64,000 bases of DNA, from the NCBI GenBank assembly GCA_958348245.1, contig CATVYJ010000005.1, positions 13,625 through 77,624 on the forward strand, written 5' to 3'. The notes beneath the pieces are model-generated. The model did no database searches. It was not told where the DNA came from and was given only the letters and a program-made list of their open reading frames with translations. Position numbers and translations under genes: made by a program. Shown here in pieces: positions 55,355 to 63,629 of the stretch (within the stretch, counting starts at the first letter, position 1; the number at the start of each line of letters is the position of its first letter). The stretch is from an uncultured Veillonellaceae bacterium (GTDB lineage: Bacteria; Bacillota; Negativicutes; Veillonellales; Dialisteraceae).

Positions 55355-55846
55355 ATGACGGTGGAAATCATTCCCGGCTGGGAACGGCCGGACGACGTGC
55401 GGGCGCTTTTTGCGGAGTATACGGCGCTGCTCGTTCGCGGGGACCCGGCGTTTGCCGGCTATCTGGAATTGCAGAAGTACGACGACGAGCTGAAACATCT
55501 GCGCCGGAAATACGGACCGCCCGCGGGGCGTCTCTATGCGGCGTATGCGGACGGCGCACCCGCCGGATGCGCCGCCCTGAAGCCGATCGACGGCGCATCG
55601 TGCGAATTGAAGCGGCTCTATGTGCGGCCTGCGTACCGCGGAAACCGTCTCGGCCGCCTTCTCGTGGAGCGGATTCTCGAGGACGCCCGGACCATCGGGT
55701 ATGCGGCGGTCTATCTGGATACGCTTCCCTTCCTGCGGGACGCGATCCGCCTGTACCGGCAGTGCGGATTCCGGGACGTCCCCAAATGGAACGACAGCCC
55801 CATGGAGGCGGCTCTTTATATGAAACTGGATTTGGAGGATATATAA
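55355..55846 (+). CDS. GNAT-family N-acetyltransferase
   Basis: MTVEIIPGWERPDDV...ELKRLYVRPAYRGNRLGRLLVERILEDARTIGYAAVYLDT (acetyl-CoA binding Q/RxxGxG/A motif). Confidence 0.75.
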   Translation: MTVEIIPGWERPDDVRALFAEYTALLVRGDPAFAGYLELQKYDDELKHLRRKYGPPAGRLYAAYADGAPAGCAALKPIDGASCELKRLYVRPAYRGNRLGRLLVERILEDARTIGYAAVYLDTLPFLRDAIRLYRQCGFRDVPKWNDSPMEAALYMKLDLEDI

Positions 55847-55898
55847 ATAAGAAAAAATAGAGAAACCGCCGGAGCGGCGGAGGAAGGAGGGGCAGACG

Positions 55899-56573
55899 AT
55901 GGAAGCCTTTGCGGCGGGCGGGAAAACCGTGACGCTCTATCCGGCGGATGCGGCGGACGCGCCGGTGCTGGTCCTGCCCGTGTACGATGGAGACGGGGCG
56001 GACGTGGCGCAGGCCCTCGCCGGGCGGCAGGCTCCGCCGGCGCATCTCGCCGTGATCGGCGGCCTCGACTGGGGCGGGGACATGACGCCCTGGCCGTGCC
56101 CGCCGCTCTCGAGATATGACGCGCCCTGTACGGGCGGGGCGGACCGTTGTCTCGCCGGGCTGACGGAGCGCATCCTTCCCGAAGCGGAGCGCCGCATGGG
56201 CGCGCGGCCCTGCTGGCGGGGGATCGCGGGGTATTCGCTGGCGGGGCTCTTCGCGCTCTACGCGCTGTACCGGACGGACGTCTTTTCCCGCGCGGCATCC
56301 GTGTCGGGCTCGCTCTGGTTTCCCCGCTTTCTGGAATACGCGGAGACGCATGCCATGGCTGCAAAGCCTTCGCGGGTCTATTTCTCGCTGGGCGGACGGG
56401 AAGCGCGCACGCGCCATCCCCTGATGAAGACGGTGCAGGCGCGGACGGAGGCCGTGGAGCGCCTCTTCCGTGCGCGCGGGGCGGAGACGGTTTTTGTGCA
56501 GAACCGGGGCGGCCATTTCACCGATCCCGCGGGGCGCACGGCGGCGGGCATCGACTGGCTGCTGCGCGGGTAG
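55899..56573 (+). CDS. alpha/beta-hydrolase esterase (putative-esterase family)
   Basis: ...WRGIAGYSLAGLFALYA (GxSxG nucleophile elbow), 224 aa. Confidence 0.6.
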   Translation: MEAFAAGGKTVTLYPADAADAPVLVLPVYDGDGADVAQALAGRQAPPAHLAVIGGLDWGGDMTPWPCPPLSRYDAPCTGGADRCLAGLTERILPEAERRMGARPCWRGIAGYSLAGLFALYALYRTDVFSRAASVSGSLWFPRFLEYAETHAMAAKPSRVYFSLGGREARTRHPLMKTVQARTEAVERLFRARGAETVFVQNRGGHFTDPAGRTAAGIDWLLRG

Positions 56574-56753
56574 CATTGGAGCGGGAGGAAACGGGAACGG
56601 AAGAGCCTTGCCGGAGGAGGCGGAGACCTTTGCGGGTTTCCGCTTTTTGCATGCGCGTTCCGCATTGTACGGCGGCGGGGCGGTGTGATATAATGCACGG
56701 CGTCTCTGTCTTGAAGAGACGGTATATATAAGTAGACAGAAAGAGGGGACGCA

Positions 56754-57695
56754 ATGATTCGGAATATTCCTGTACCGGCGGCGGGGGTCATGCTCGGGCT
56801 GGCCGCGCTGGGGCATCTGCTGGCGCCGTACGGCCTGCCGCTCAAATATCTCTGCGGCGTGTGCGCGCTGTTTCTGGGGCTGCTTCTGCTGGCCCGCGCG
56901 GCGCGCTATCCGCGGGCGCTTCTGCAGGATCTGAACGGCAGCTCCGTCCTGGGGAGCGTGGCCGCCACGTTTTTCATGGCGTGGGTGCAGCTCGCAGCCT
57001 ATGCCGCGCCGTTTGCGCCGGGCGCGGGGCATGCGCTGTGGCTGGCTGCGGCGGCGGGCCATACGGCGCTCATGGGATGGTTTACGGCGCGCTATCTGCG
57101 CAGGCCCGCGCTGCGCGACGTGTTTCCCACCTATTTCATCGCCTACGTGGGGCTCATCGCGGCGTCGGTCACCGCGCCGGCTTTTGGCGAAGAGGCGCTG
57201 GGCGCGTGGATTTTCCGCTTCGGGTTCGCGGCGTATGTGGCGCTCTTCGTGCTCGTCACCGTGCGCTATCTGAAAGAGAGGGACATCCCCGAGCCGGCGC
57301 GGCCTCTCTTCTGCATTTACGCCGCGCCCATGAGCCTGTCGCTCGCGGGGTATCTCGCGTGCATGCCGGAGAAATCGACGGAGGCGGTGCTGCTCATGGC
57401 GGGGCTCGCGCAGATTTTCTACGCGGTGGTGATCGTCCGCCTGCCCGGCCTGCTCCGCCTGCCTTTCTATCCGAGCTATGCGGCCTTTACCTTTCCCTGC
57501 GTGATTTCCGCGGCGGCGCTCCGGCAGGCGCTGATGCATCTGGACGGCGCGGGCGTGGCGGTGCCGGCGGCGTATCATCTGCTGGCGGAAGCGGAAACGG
57601 CGGTGGCCGCGGCGGTCGTCTTCTATGTGTTCGCCCGGTACCTGCATTTCCTGTTCCGCCGCGCTCCGGCGCGGGCCGCTGAGGGGGCGGCGTAA
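56754..57695 (+). CDS. TDT-family transporter (TehA/Mae1-like C4-dicarboxylate / tellurite-resistance transporter)
   Basis: 313 aa, 10-TM profile, MIRNIPVPAAGVMLGLAALGHLLAPYG... typical of TehA/TDT proteins. Confidence 0.6.
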   Translation: MIRNIPVPAAGVMLGLAALGHLLAPYGLPLKYLCGVCALFLGLLLLARAARYPRALLQDLNGSSVLGSVAATFFMAWVQLAAYAAPFAPGAGHALWLAAAAGHTALMGWFTARYLRRPALRDVFPTYFIAYVGLIAASVTAPAFGEEALGAWIFRFGFAAYVALFVLVTVRYLKERDIPEPARPLFCIYAAPMSLSLAGYLACMPEKSTEAVLLMAGLAQIFYAVVIVRLPGLLRLPFYPSYAAFTFPCVISAAALRQALMHLDGAGVAVPAAYHLLAEAETAVAAAVVFYVFARYLHFLFRRAPARAAEGAA

Positions 57696-57700
57696 ACATT

Positions 57701-57754
57701 CCCAAATAAAAAAGAACGGACGCGTGACGGCGTATCCGTTCTTTTTTATTTGGG
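57701..57754. terminator. bidirectional terminator (near-perfect palindrome with A/T-runs on both sides)
   Basis: cccaaataaaaaagaacggacgcgtgacggcgtatccgttcttttttatttggg. Confidence 0.7.
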
Positions 57755-57758
57755 ACGT

Positions 57759-58598
57759 TTATTTTTCTTTCGGCAGGGCCGCTGTCTGCGCGGCGTCCGT
57801 GCCCTCTTCGGAGGACGGTTCCGCTTCGGCTGCGGGGACCGCGCCGCTTTCTCCGGCGTCTGCTGCCGGCGCTTCCGCGGCTTCGCCGGTCTCCGGCGCT
57901 TGTGCTGCGGCTTCATTCACCGGTTCCGCCTCATGGGCCGCCGGATGGGCGGTCGGTTTTTCCGTGTCCTCTGCGGCGGCGTCCTTCGCTTCTTCCGCGG
58001 CGAGCGCGGCGGCTTCCGCCTTCTTCGCGCGGTTGCGGTTCTTCTTCTGCTCCGCGCCGCTGATGTAATGGAACGCGTGCTTCAGCACTTCATTCTGGGA
58101 GACGCGGATGCGTCCGGGCACGCGCTTTTCAAATTCTTCCCAGAATTCGTCCGACGCTTTCATGAGCACCCGGGAGACCTTGTCCGTGCCGGGCATATTG
58201 TATACGAGCGACCAGATGTCCCGCTTGTCCAGATTGCCGTACATGCGGTACGTGTGCCGGTAGGAGATCGCCTTGATGGGCTCCACCTTGAAATGGAAGG
58301 CCCCGTCCATGGCGCTGTAGGGGATGGCCATTTTCCGTGTGCGGAAGAGCGACGCCTTGATGATGACCAGCTCTTTCGCGTGGAGTTCGTATGTGGTGCG
58401 GGTGAGCGTCATGCTCAGGAGGAAGAGCAGGAGCAGCGCTTCCGTGAGAATGTCCAGCCACGGCATCTGATGATTGTTGTAGATATACCGCACCGTCATC
58501 ATCACATACCCCAGGAGGCAGATGCCCAGCGTGCCGTAGACGTACATGTACGTGCGGTGCACTTCGGAGCGTTCCGTTACGATTTTTTCTTCCTTCAT
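57759..58598 (-). CDS. hypothetical membrane protein with an acidic Ala/Glu-rich low-complexity C-terminal tail
   Basis: 279 aa, MKEEKIVTERSEVHRTYMYVYGTLGICLLGYVMMTVRYIY...; tail ...AEEAKDAAAEDTEKPTAHPAAHEAEPVNEAAAQAPETGEAAEAPAADAGE... Confidence 0.5.
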   Translation of the reverse strand: MKEEKIVTERSEVHRTYMYVYGTLGICLLGYVMMTVRYIYNNHQMPWLDILTEALLLLFLLSMTLTRTTYELHAKELVIIKASLFRTRKMAIPYSAMDGAFHFKVEPIKAISYRHTYRMYGNLDKRDIWSLVYNMPGTDKVSRVLMKASDEFWEEFEKRVPGRIRVSQNEVLKHAFHYISGAEQKKNRNRAKKAEAAALAAEEAKDAAAEDTEKPTAHPAAHEAEPVNEAAAQAPETGEAAEAPAADAGESGAVPAAEAEPSSEEGTDAAQTAALPKEK

Positions 58599-58806
58599 AG
58601 AGACTCCTTTGATTCGCAGAATATACGGGAAATATACAGACCTATTTTACACCAAAACCATGAATAAATCATAACAAAATGAGCAATAAAAAATGTAACA
58701 GAAAATCTACAGAATAAAACGATCAAGTTACTGTAAGATAAAATATAAACTGGAGCGTTAGAGAAAAAAGAGACATGCAATATTATCTAAACAAAAATAT
58801 TTCATA

Positions 58807-58835
58807 TTGACGAAGAAAAGTTTAGCGATTAGAAT
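58807..58835 (+). promoter_or_regulatory. sigma70 promoter TTGACG-N17-TAGAAT driving cassette 4
   Basis: ttgacg aagaaaagtttagcgat tagaat, in an AT-rich 0.4-kb intergenic region. Confidence 0.6.
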
Positions 58836-58876
58836 CGAGGCATGACAGGGTGTACGGACCCCGTACGCCCCGCCGC

Positions 58877-58916
58877 ATTCTCAGCCGGAAAGGAGGACAG
58901 TGGGTCAGGCTGGAAT
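58877..58916 (+). promoter_or_regulatory. conserved leader hairpin motif (copy 3, with compensatory stem change)
   Basis: gcATTCTcAGCCggAAAGGAGGacagtgggtcaGGCTgg. The stem AGCC/GGCT replaces GGTC/GACC of copies 1 and 2. Confidence 0.4.
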
Positions 58917-59033
58917 TTCATCCCGGGCGCTCCGGCGGAACCCATCAATCCAAAACTTGCAAAATCACAAATCCTGTTTCCGCAGGGGAAGAGGGGATGA
59001 AAGAAATATCTTTCTTCATAAGGAGGACTTATC

Positions 59034-60194
59034 ATGGATATGTTGGCACAGAATAGCCAGCTGTTTGACGAGCTTTTCCAGGGCGTGTACGGACTGGCCG
59101 ACGTCGGCGTGCTGTCGATGTTTGTCGTAGGCTTCATCCTCATGTTCCTCGCCGTCAAATACGATTATGAACCGGTCCTGCTGTTCCCGATGGGCATCGG
59201 ATGCATTCTTGCAAACATCCCGGGCCATTACGCAGTACTCCAGGATCCCGGAAGCGAAGGCTTCCTGTATGTGCTTTATCAGGCGGGTGTCGCAAACGAA
59301 CTTTTCCCGGTCATGATTTTTATCGCCATTGGTGCAATGTGCGAATTTGACCCGCTGATGAGAAAGCCTTTCGTCATGCTCTTCGCAGCAGCCGCTCAGT
59401 TTGGTATCTTCATGACCGCGTTCCTCGCGACGCTCCTCGGCTTCCCCTTCAACCAGGCGGCGGCTATCGGCATCATCGGCGCGGCTGACGGCCCGACCAC
59501 GATCTTCGTCGCTTCCCGCTATGCGCAGGAAATGCTTGGACCGTTGTCCGTAGCGGCGTACTGCTACATGTCCCTCGTACCGGTTATTCAGCCTCCGATC
59601 ATCAAACTGCTCACCACCAAACATGAACGCAAGATCCGTATGCCGTTCACCGGTGAAGCTCCGGTTTCTGATCGCGCACTCTTCATTTTCCCGCTGATGA
59701 TCGTCATGGTCGCCGGCGTTGTAGCTCCTATTTCCGTACCGCTCATCGGCGCTCTCATGTTCGGCAACCTGCTGAAGGTATCCGGCTGCACCGACGACCT
59801 GGCAGACTGCGCGAAGGATGACCTGTCCAACCTCGTCACCCTGTTCCTCGGCCTGGTCGTAGGCTCCACCATGACGGCGGAAAACTTCCTGACCTTCGAC
59901 GTATTCAAGATCCTCTGCCTCGGCGCGGTCGCATTCGTATTCGATACCGCCGGCGGCGTCATCTTCGCGAAGATCGTCAATCTGTTCCTGACCAAGAAGA
60001 TCAACCCGATGATCGGCGCATGCGGCATCTCCGCATTCCCGATGTCCGGCCGTGTTATCGCCAAGATGGCGCTGAAAGAAGATCCGACGAACTTCATCGT
60101 CCAGGATGCTATCGGCGTCAACGTAGCTGGTCAGATCGCATCGGTCGTTGCAGGCGGCCTCGTCCTCTGCATGATCCCGATGCTTATGCAGTGA
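59034..60194 (+). CDS. Na+-translocating decarboxylase beta subunit (OadB family), paralog A3
   Basis: 386 aa, MDMLAQNSQLFDELFQGVYGLADVGVLSMFVVGFILMFLAVKYDYEP... The 3' two-thirds are identical to A2. Confidence 0.8.
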   Translation: MDMLAQNSQLFDELFQGVYGLADVGVLSMFVVGFILMFLAVKYDYEPVLLFPMGIGCILANIPGHYAVLQDPGSEGFLYVLYQAGVANELFPVMIFIAIGAMCEFDPLMRKPFVMLFAAAAQFGIFMTAFLATLLGFPFNQAAAIGIIGAADGPTTIFVASRYAQEMLGPLSVAAYCYMSLVPVIQPPIIKLLTTKHERKIRMPFTGEAPVSDRALFIFPLMIVMVAGVVAPISVPLIGALMFGNLLKVSGCTDDLADCAKDDLSNLVTLFLGLVVGSTMTAENFLTFDVFKILCLGAVAFVFDTAGGVIFAKIVNLFLTKKINPMIGACGISAFPMSGRVIAKMALKEDPTNFIVQDAIGVNVAGQIASVVAGGLVLCMIPMLMQ

Positions 60195-60209
60195 TTGGAG
60201 GGATAAGTT

Positions 60210-60329
60210 ATGAATCCAGTAGCAGCATCCCTTTTCCAGATGGTGGTATGCGTACCGCTGATGTTCCTGGTCATCCTCATTTTCGTGGGTCTCACGAAGC
60301 TCCTCACGAAGATGTTCCCCGCAGAATAA
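60210..60329 (+). CDS. 39-aa OadG-anchor-like mini-peptide (copy 3)
   Basis: MNPVAASLFQMVVCVPLMFLVILIFVGLTKLLTKMFPAE, SD ggaggg. Confidence 0.6.
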   Translation: MNPVAASLFQMVVCVPLMFLVILIFVGLTKLLTKMFPAE

Positions 60330-60424
60330 TTCTGCCCGATCCTTTATTTTCCACATAAAGGCGTGCCCCCGTATCCGCGAGGGTGCGGGGACCCACCTCT
60401 TCCATGCAAAGGTGGTGTAAACCA

Positions 60425-61738
60425 ATGGATATTTCGACCCCGGCTCTTGCCTCCATCATCGTACTGGTGGCAATCGTCCTGTTCTCCTGCTTCCGGGACT
60501 GCAACGTAGGTATTCTCGGCACGGCAGGGGGCCTTCTGGTCGGCATGGTCTTCGCAGGCATGAAGATCAGCGCTGTCTACAAAGGCTGGCCGCTGTCTCT
60601 GTTCATGATCCTCGTCGGCGTAACGTTCATGTTCTCCGCCGCACAGGTCAACGGCACGATGGAAAAATTCTCGGCTGTGTGCGTACGTCTTGCGAAAGCA
60701 AACATTCGCCTGATTCCGTTCATTCTGTTCTTCCTCGTGACCTTCATTACGACCATCGGCCCCGGCAACATCGCTTCCACCGCTCTGATGGCTCCGATGT
60801 GCATGGCTATCGCTGGCCGTATCGGCCTCTCCCCGTTCTGCATGACGCTGCTCGTAGTCGGCGCGGCAAACGGCGCGGCCTTCTCTCCTTTCGCTCCGAC
60901 CGGCATCATTTCCAACGGCATCATCGCCAGCTGGGCTCCGCAGGTCGGCATTCCTCAGGAAGCTCTTTCCGGTCTCGGCTGGAAGATTCACTGGAACTCT
61001 GAAATCGCTCAGGGCGTCGTCAACTTCGGCGGCTTCTTCCTCACCGGCGGCCTTGCCTGGATGGCAAAGGCCAAAGGCGGCGCGGACTTCGACATCGATT
61101 CCATCGCTCCGAAGCCGGAACCCTTCGACTGGAAGCAGAAATACACCCTGCTCTCCATGGTCGTCCTGGTAGTAGGCGTTATTTTCTTCAAACTCGACGT
61201 AGGCATGCTCTCCTTCTGCATCGGCACCACGTACATCCTCTTCAACATTGCGGATGACGGCGATGCAGTGAAGAAAATGCCCTGGGGCGTCATCACCATG
61301 GTCTGCGGTATGTCTGTCCTGATCAACGTCATGGACGAGGCAGGCGGCCTGAACGCTCTCGTTGATATGATCGCTGTCGTTTCCAACGGCACGACCGTCA
61401 ACGGCGTGGTCGGCTTCATCGCAGGTCTGATTTCCGCATACTCCAGCTCCTCCGGCGTTGTCATGCCGATGTTCCTGAACATGGTTCCCGGCCTGCTGCA
61501 GGCTGTGGGCACCTTTGATGCAGATCATGCGGTTCGTCTCGCATCCTCCATCAATATCGGCGCTCACCTCGTAGATACCTCCCCGCTGTCCACCCTCGGC
61601 GCGCTCTGCATTGCAAACGCGGCTGTAGACGACAAGGCGAAGGGCGTCCTCTTCAGAAACCTCCTCTTCTGGGGCCTGTCCATGTCCATTGTCGGCGCAG
61701 TGGTCTGCTATGTCTTCTTCGGTCTCCTCGGACTGTAA
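60425..61738 (+). CDS. Dcu-family C4-dicarboxylate transporter, paralog B4
   Basis: 437 aa, MDISTPALASIIVLVAIVLFSCFRDCNVGILGTAGGLLVG... Internal start after aaaggtggtgtaaacca. Confidence 0.6.
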   Translation: MDISTPALASIIVLVAIVLFSCFRDCNVGILGTAGGLLVGMVFAGMKISAVYKGWPLSLFMILVGVTFMFSAAQVNGTMEKFSAVCVRLAKANIRLIPFILFFLVTFITTIGPGNIASTALMAPMCMAIAGRIGLSPFCMTLLVVGAANGAAFSPFAPTGIISNGIIASWAPQVGIPQEALSGLGWKIHWNSEIAQGVVNFGGFFLTGGLAWMAKAKGGADFDIDSIAPKPEPFDWKQKYTLLSMVVLVVGVIFFKLDVGMLSFCIGTTYILFNIADDGDAVKKMPWGVITMVCGMSVLINVMDEAGGLNALVDMIAVVSNGTTVNGVVGFIAGLISAYSSSSGVVMPMFLNMVPGLLQAVGTFDADHAVRLASSINIGAHLVDTSPLSTLGALCIANAAVDDKAKGVLFRNLLFWGLSMSIVGAVVCYVFFGLLGL

Positions 61739-61783
61739 GATAGAACGCGGCAGTGTCGGAAGCGCAGGCTTCTGAATGCGCGG

Positions 61784-61820
61784 AAAACCGTGATTGTCTT
61801 TTGACAGTCACGGTTTTTTT
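61784..61820 (+). terminator. intrinsic terminator of cassette 4
   Basis: aaaaccgtgattgtcttttgacagtcacggttttttt. Confidence 0.7.
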
Positions 61821-61890
61821 GTGCGCGGAAAACGGGCGCGGCGGCGGTGCGCCCGCGTGCGGGGCAATAAAAAAAGACCGGAGCGTCCGG

Positions 61891-63000
61891 TCATTTTTCA
61901 TGCGGCCCGCCGCCGCGCTGCTGCGCCTCCCGCAGATAGTCGAAGAGCGTCTTGCGCATGGCGCTGCCGTCGGGGCGGTCGTCCGCGTCGTGGATGTCCG
62001 AGAGCGTCTGGATGGCGGCGAGGCGCTCCGCTACGGCGCGGCGGAAATGTTCGCGGATAAAGGCGAGCGCGTACGGCGCGTGGAGCGATTCATTTTTCCG
62101 GCGGAGCGGCACGAAAATGGGCAGCCGGTCCGGGAGGATCTCCAGCTCCAGCGGGAAGGACGGCCCGCGGTCGCCGTCCACATTCGTCCACAGCTCTTCG
62201 CCGTTCGTGAGGGAAATGCGCGCTTTCTTCACGTTGATGACCGAGAGGAGCTCCGTCCCCATCTGCAGCCCCGCGAGAAGCATCGGCCCCTGCCGCAGGA
62301 GGCGGAGCCAGTCCAGATCGCGGAAGAGCGCCAGCTTGATGACGCCCTTATTGCGGTCTTCCGGCGGGAGAAGATTGCGGAAGCTGCCCGCCGAGTCCGT
62401 GAGCATGGCCGCCATGAGAGGAGACGCCATGCGGATGGACGCGCCGCCGTCCGTCTCGATGAGGAAACGGTACGATTTCTGCCGGGGCAGCGCCTGCAGC
62501 CCCTTCATGAAATAGGCGAGCGAGCCGAAGAGCGTCTTCTCCTTGATGGATACCTGGCTCACCGCCTCCGGGATGAGGCCCGCCGCGACGATATTGATGA
62601 AGTAGCGTCCGTTTACCCGGCCCACGTCGATCTTCGTTTCCTCCGCCGTCTCCAGCATGCGGATGGCCCCGCGGGGCGAGCGGGGAATGTGCAGCGCCCG
62701 CGCGAGGTCGTTCACCGTGCCGAAGGGGATGAACGCGAAGACCGACGGGCTCTCCACCTGCATCATGCCGTTGATGACTTCGTTGATGGTGCCGTCGCCG
62801 CCCATACAGACGATATTGTAATGCCGCTCGGCGGCGCTCTTCGCGAAATCAGAGGCGTCGCCCGCCTTTTCCGTCTCCCGCGTGATCACATGGGCGTAGC
62901 GCCTGGCCAGCACCTCCTGCAGCAGCGGCAGATACCGCGGCGCCCGTTCCCGGCCCGACGTGGGATTGATGATGATGACCGCAGTGTCCGTCTGGTTCAC
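61891..63000 (-). CDS. diacylglycerol-kinase-family lipid kinase (DagK/YegS-like), GTG start
   Basis: VNQTDTAVIIINPTSGRE...NIVCMGGDGTINEV. The start follows gaggagg. Confidence 0.75.
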   Translation of the reverse strand: MNQTDTAVIIINPTSGRERAPRYLPLLQEVLARRYAHVITRETEKAGDASDFAKSAAERHYNIVCMGGDGTINEVINGMMQVESPSVFAFIPFGTVNDLARALHIPRSPRGAIRMLETAEETKIDVGRVNGRYFINIVAAGLIPEAVSQVSIKEKTLFGSLAYFMKGLQALPRQKSYRFLIETDGGASIRMASPLMAAMLTDSAGSFRNLLPPEDRNKGVIKLALFRDLDWLRLLRQGPMLLAGLQMGTELLSVINVKKARISLTNGEELWTNVDGDRGPSFPLELEILPDRLPIFVPLRRKNESLHAPYALAFIREHFRRAVAERLAAIQTLSDIHDADDRPDGSAMRKTLFDYLREAQQRGGGPHEK

Positions 63001-63189
63001 GGCGTCCTCCTCGCAGCAAAATCCGTAAATACATATTTTTTTATTATAACATGGGACAGGGACGGAAGAAACGGCGCGCCGCCATTTTCCTCCGCCCGGC
63101 CGGAACGGCGCGTTTTCATAGGAAAACGGCACCGGAAGGCGGGGAAGCTATAGAAAATGAGCATGCATGCCAAATCCGGGGAGAACGGC

Positions 63190-63218
63190 TTGACAAGGAA
63201 ATGACGCCGCGATAGAAT
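63190..63218 (+). promoter_or_regulatory. sigma70 promoter TTGACA-N17-TAGAAT for the T-box leader / ABC transporter
   Basis: ttgaca aggaaatgacgccgcga tagaat. Confidence 0.55.
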
Positions 63219-63566
63219 AAGCACATCAACCAATACCAAAAACGTACAAATGCAATGAACGAGATAAACGGAAGCTGACAAGCCTCTGCAGAGAGCCGAT
63301 GACAGGTGCAAATCGGCGTGGCCCGGCGGACAGACATCACTCGCGAGCACTTTTTCTGAATGGAGTAGGAAAAGGCGGAACGTTCCCGTTACGAACAGAG
63401 CCCAAGTACAATGTAGGGTGGTACCGCGCACAGCGCCCCTATCTTCAGCAGAAGCTGAGGGTAGGATTTTTTAGTATCACCGGTACGGCGGCTTCCGAGT
63501 AAGAAATCAGGGTGGTACCGCGCACAGCGCCTCTGTCTCCGCAAAAGGAGGCGGGGCGTTTTTTTG
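63219..63566 (+). ncRNA. T-box riboswitch leader with a duplicated T-box/terminator module
   Basis: Two copies of the canonical T-box sequence AGGGTGGTACCGCG (63414-63427 and about 63509-63522). Each is followed by a GC hairpin + U-run (…gagggtaggatttttt and cgcctc…gaggcggggcgttttttt). An AGAGA box lies upstream. Confidence 0.65.
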
Positions 63567-63629
63567 TACGGGTTGGCAGAAATTTCAGCAGGGCTGAAGA
63601 GTGGCATTTGCAGAAAGAGGGCAAAGACT

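Noticed and set aside
47194-61738. Whether the periodically repeated units could be a CRISPR array or an rRNA/IS array.
   Set aside because: The repeat units are about 2.7 kb protein-coding cassettes with intact reading frames and promoters. There are no short direct repeats with unique spacers, no cas genes, and no rRNA or transposase signatures.
63414-63427. Interpreting the GGGTGGTACCGCG copies as a dispersed repeat family like those at 17.26 and 36.14 kb.
   Set aside because: The sequence equals the universal T-box antiterminator consensus and is followed by terminators, so it is a riboswitch element and not a repeat family.
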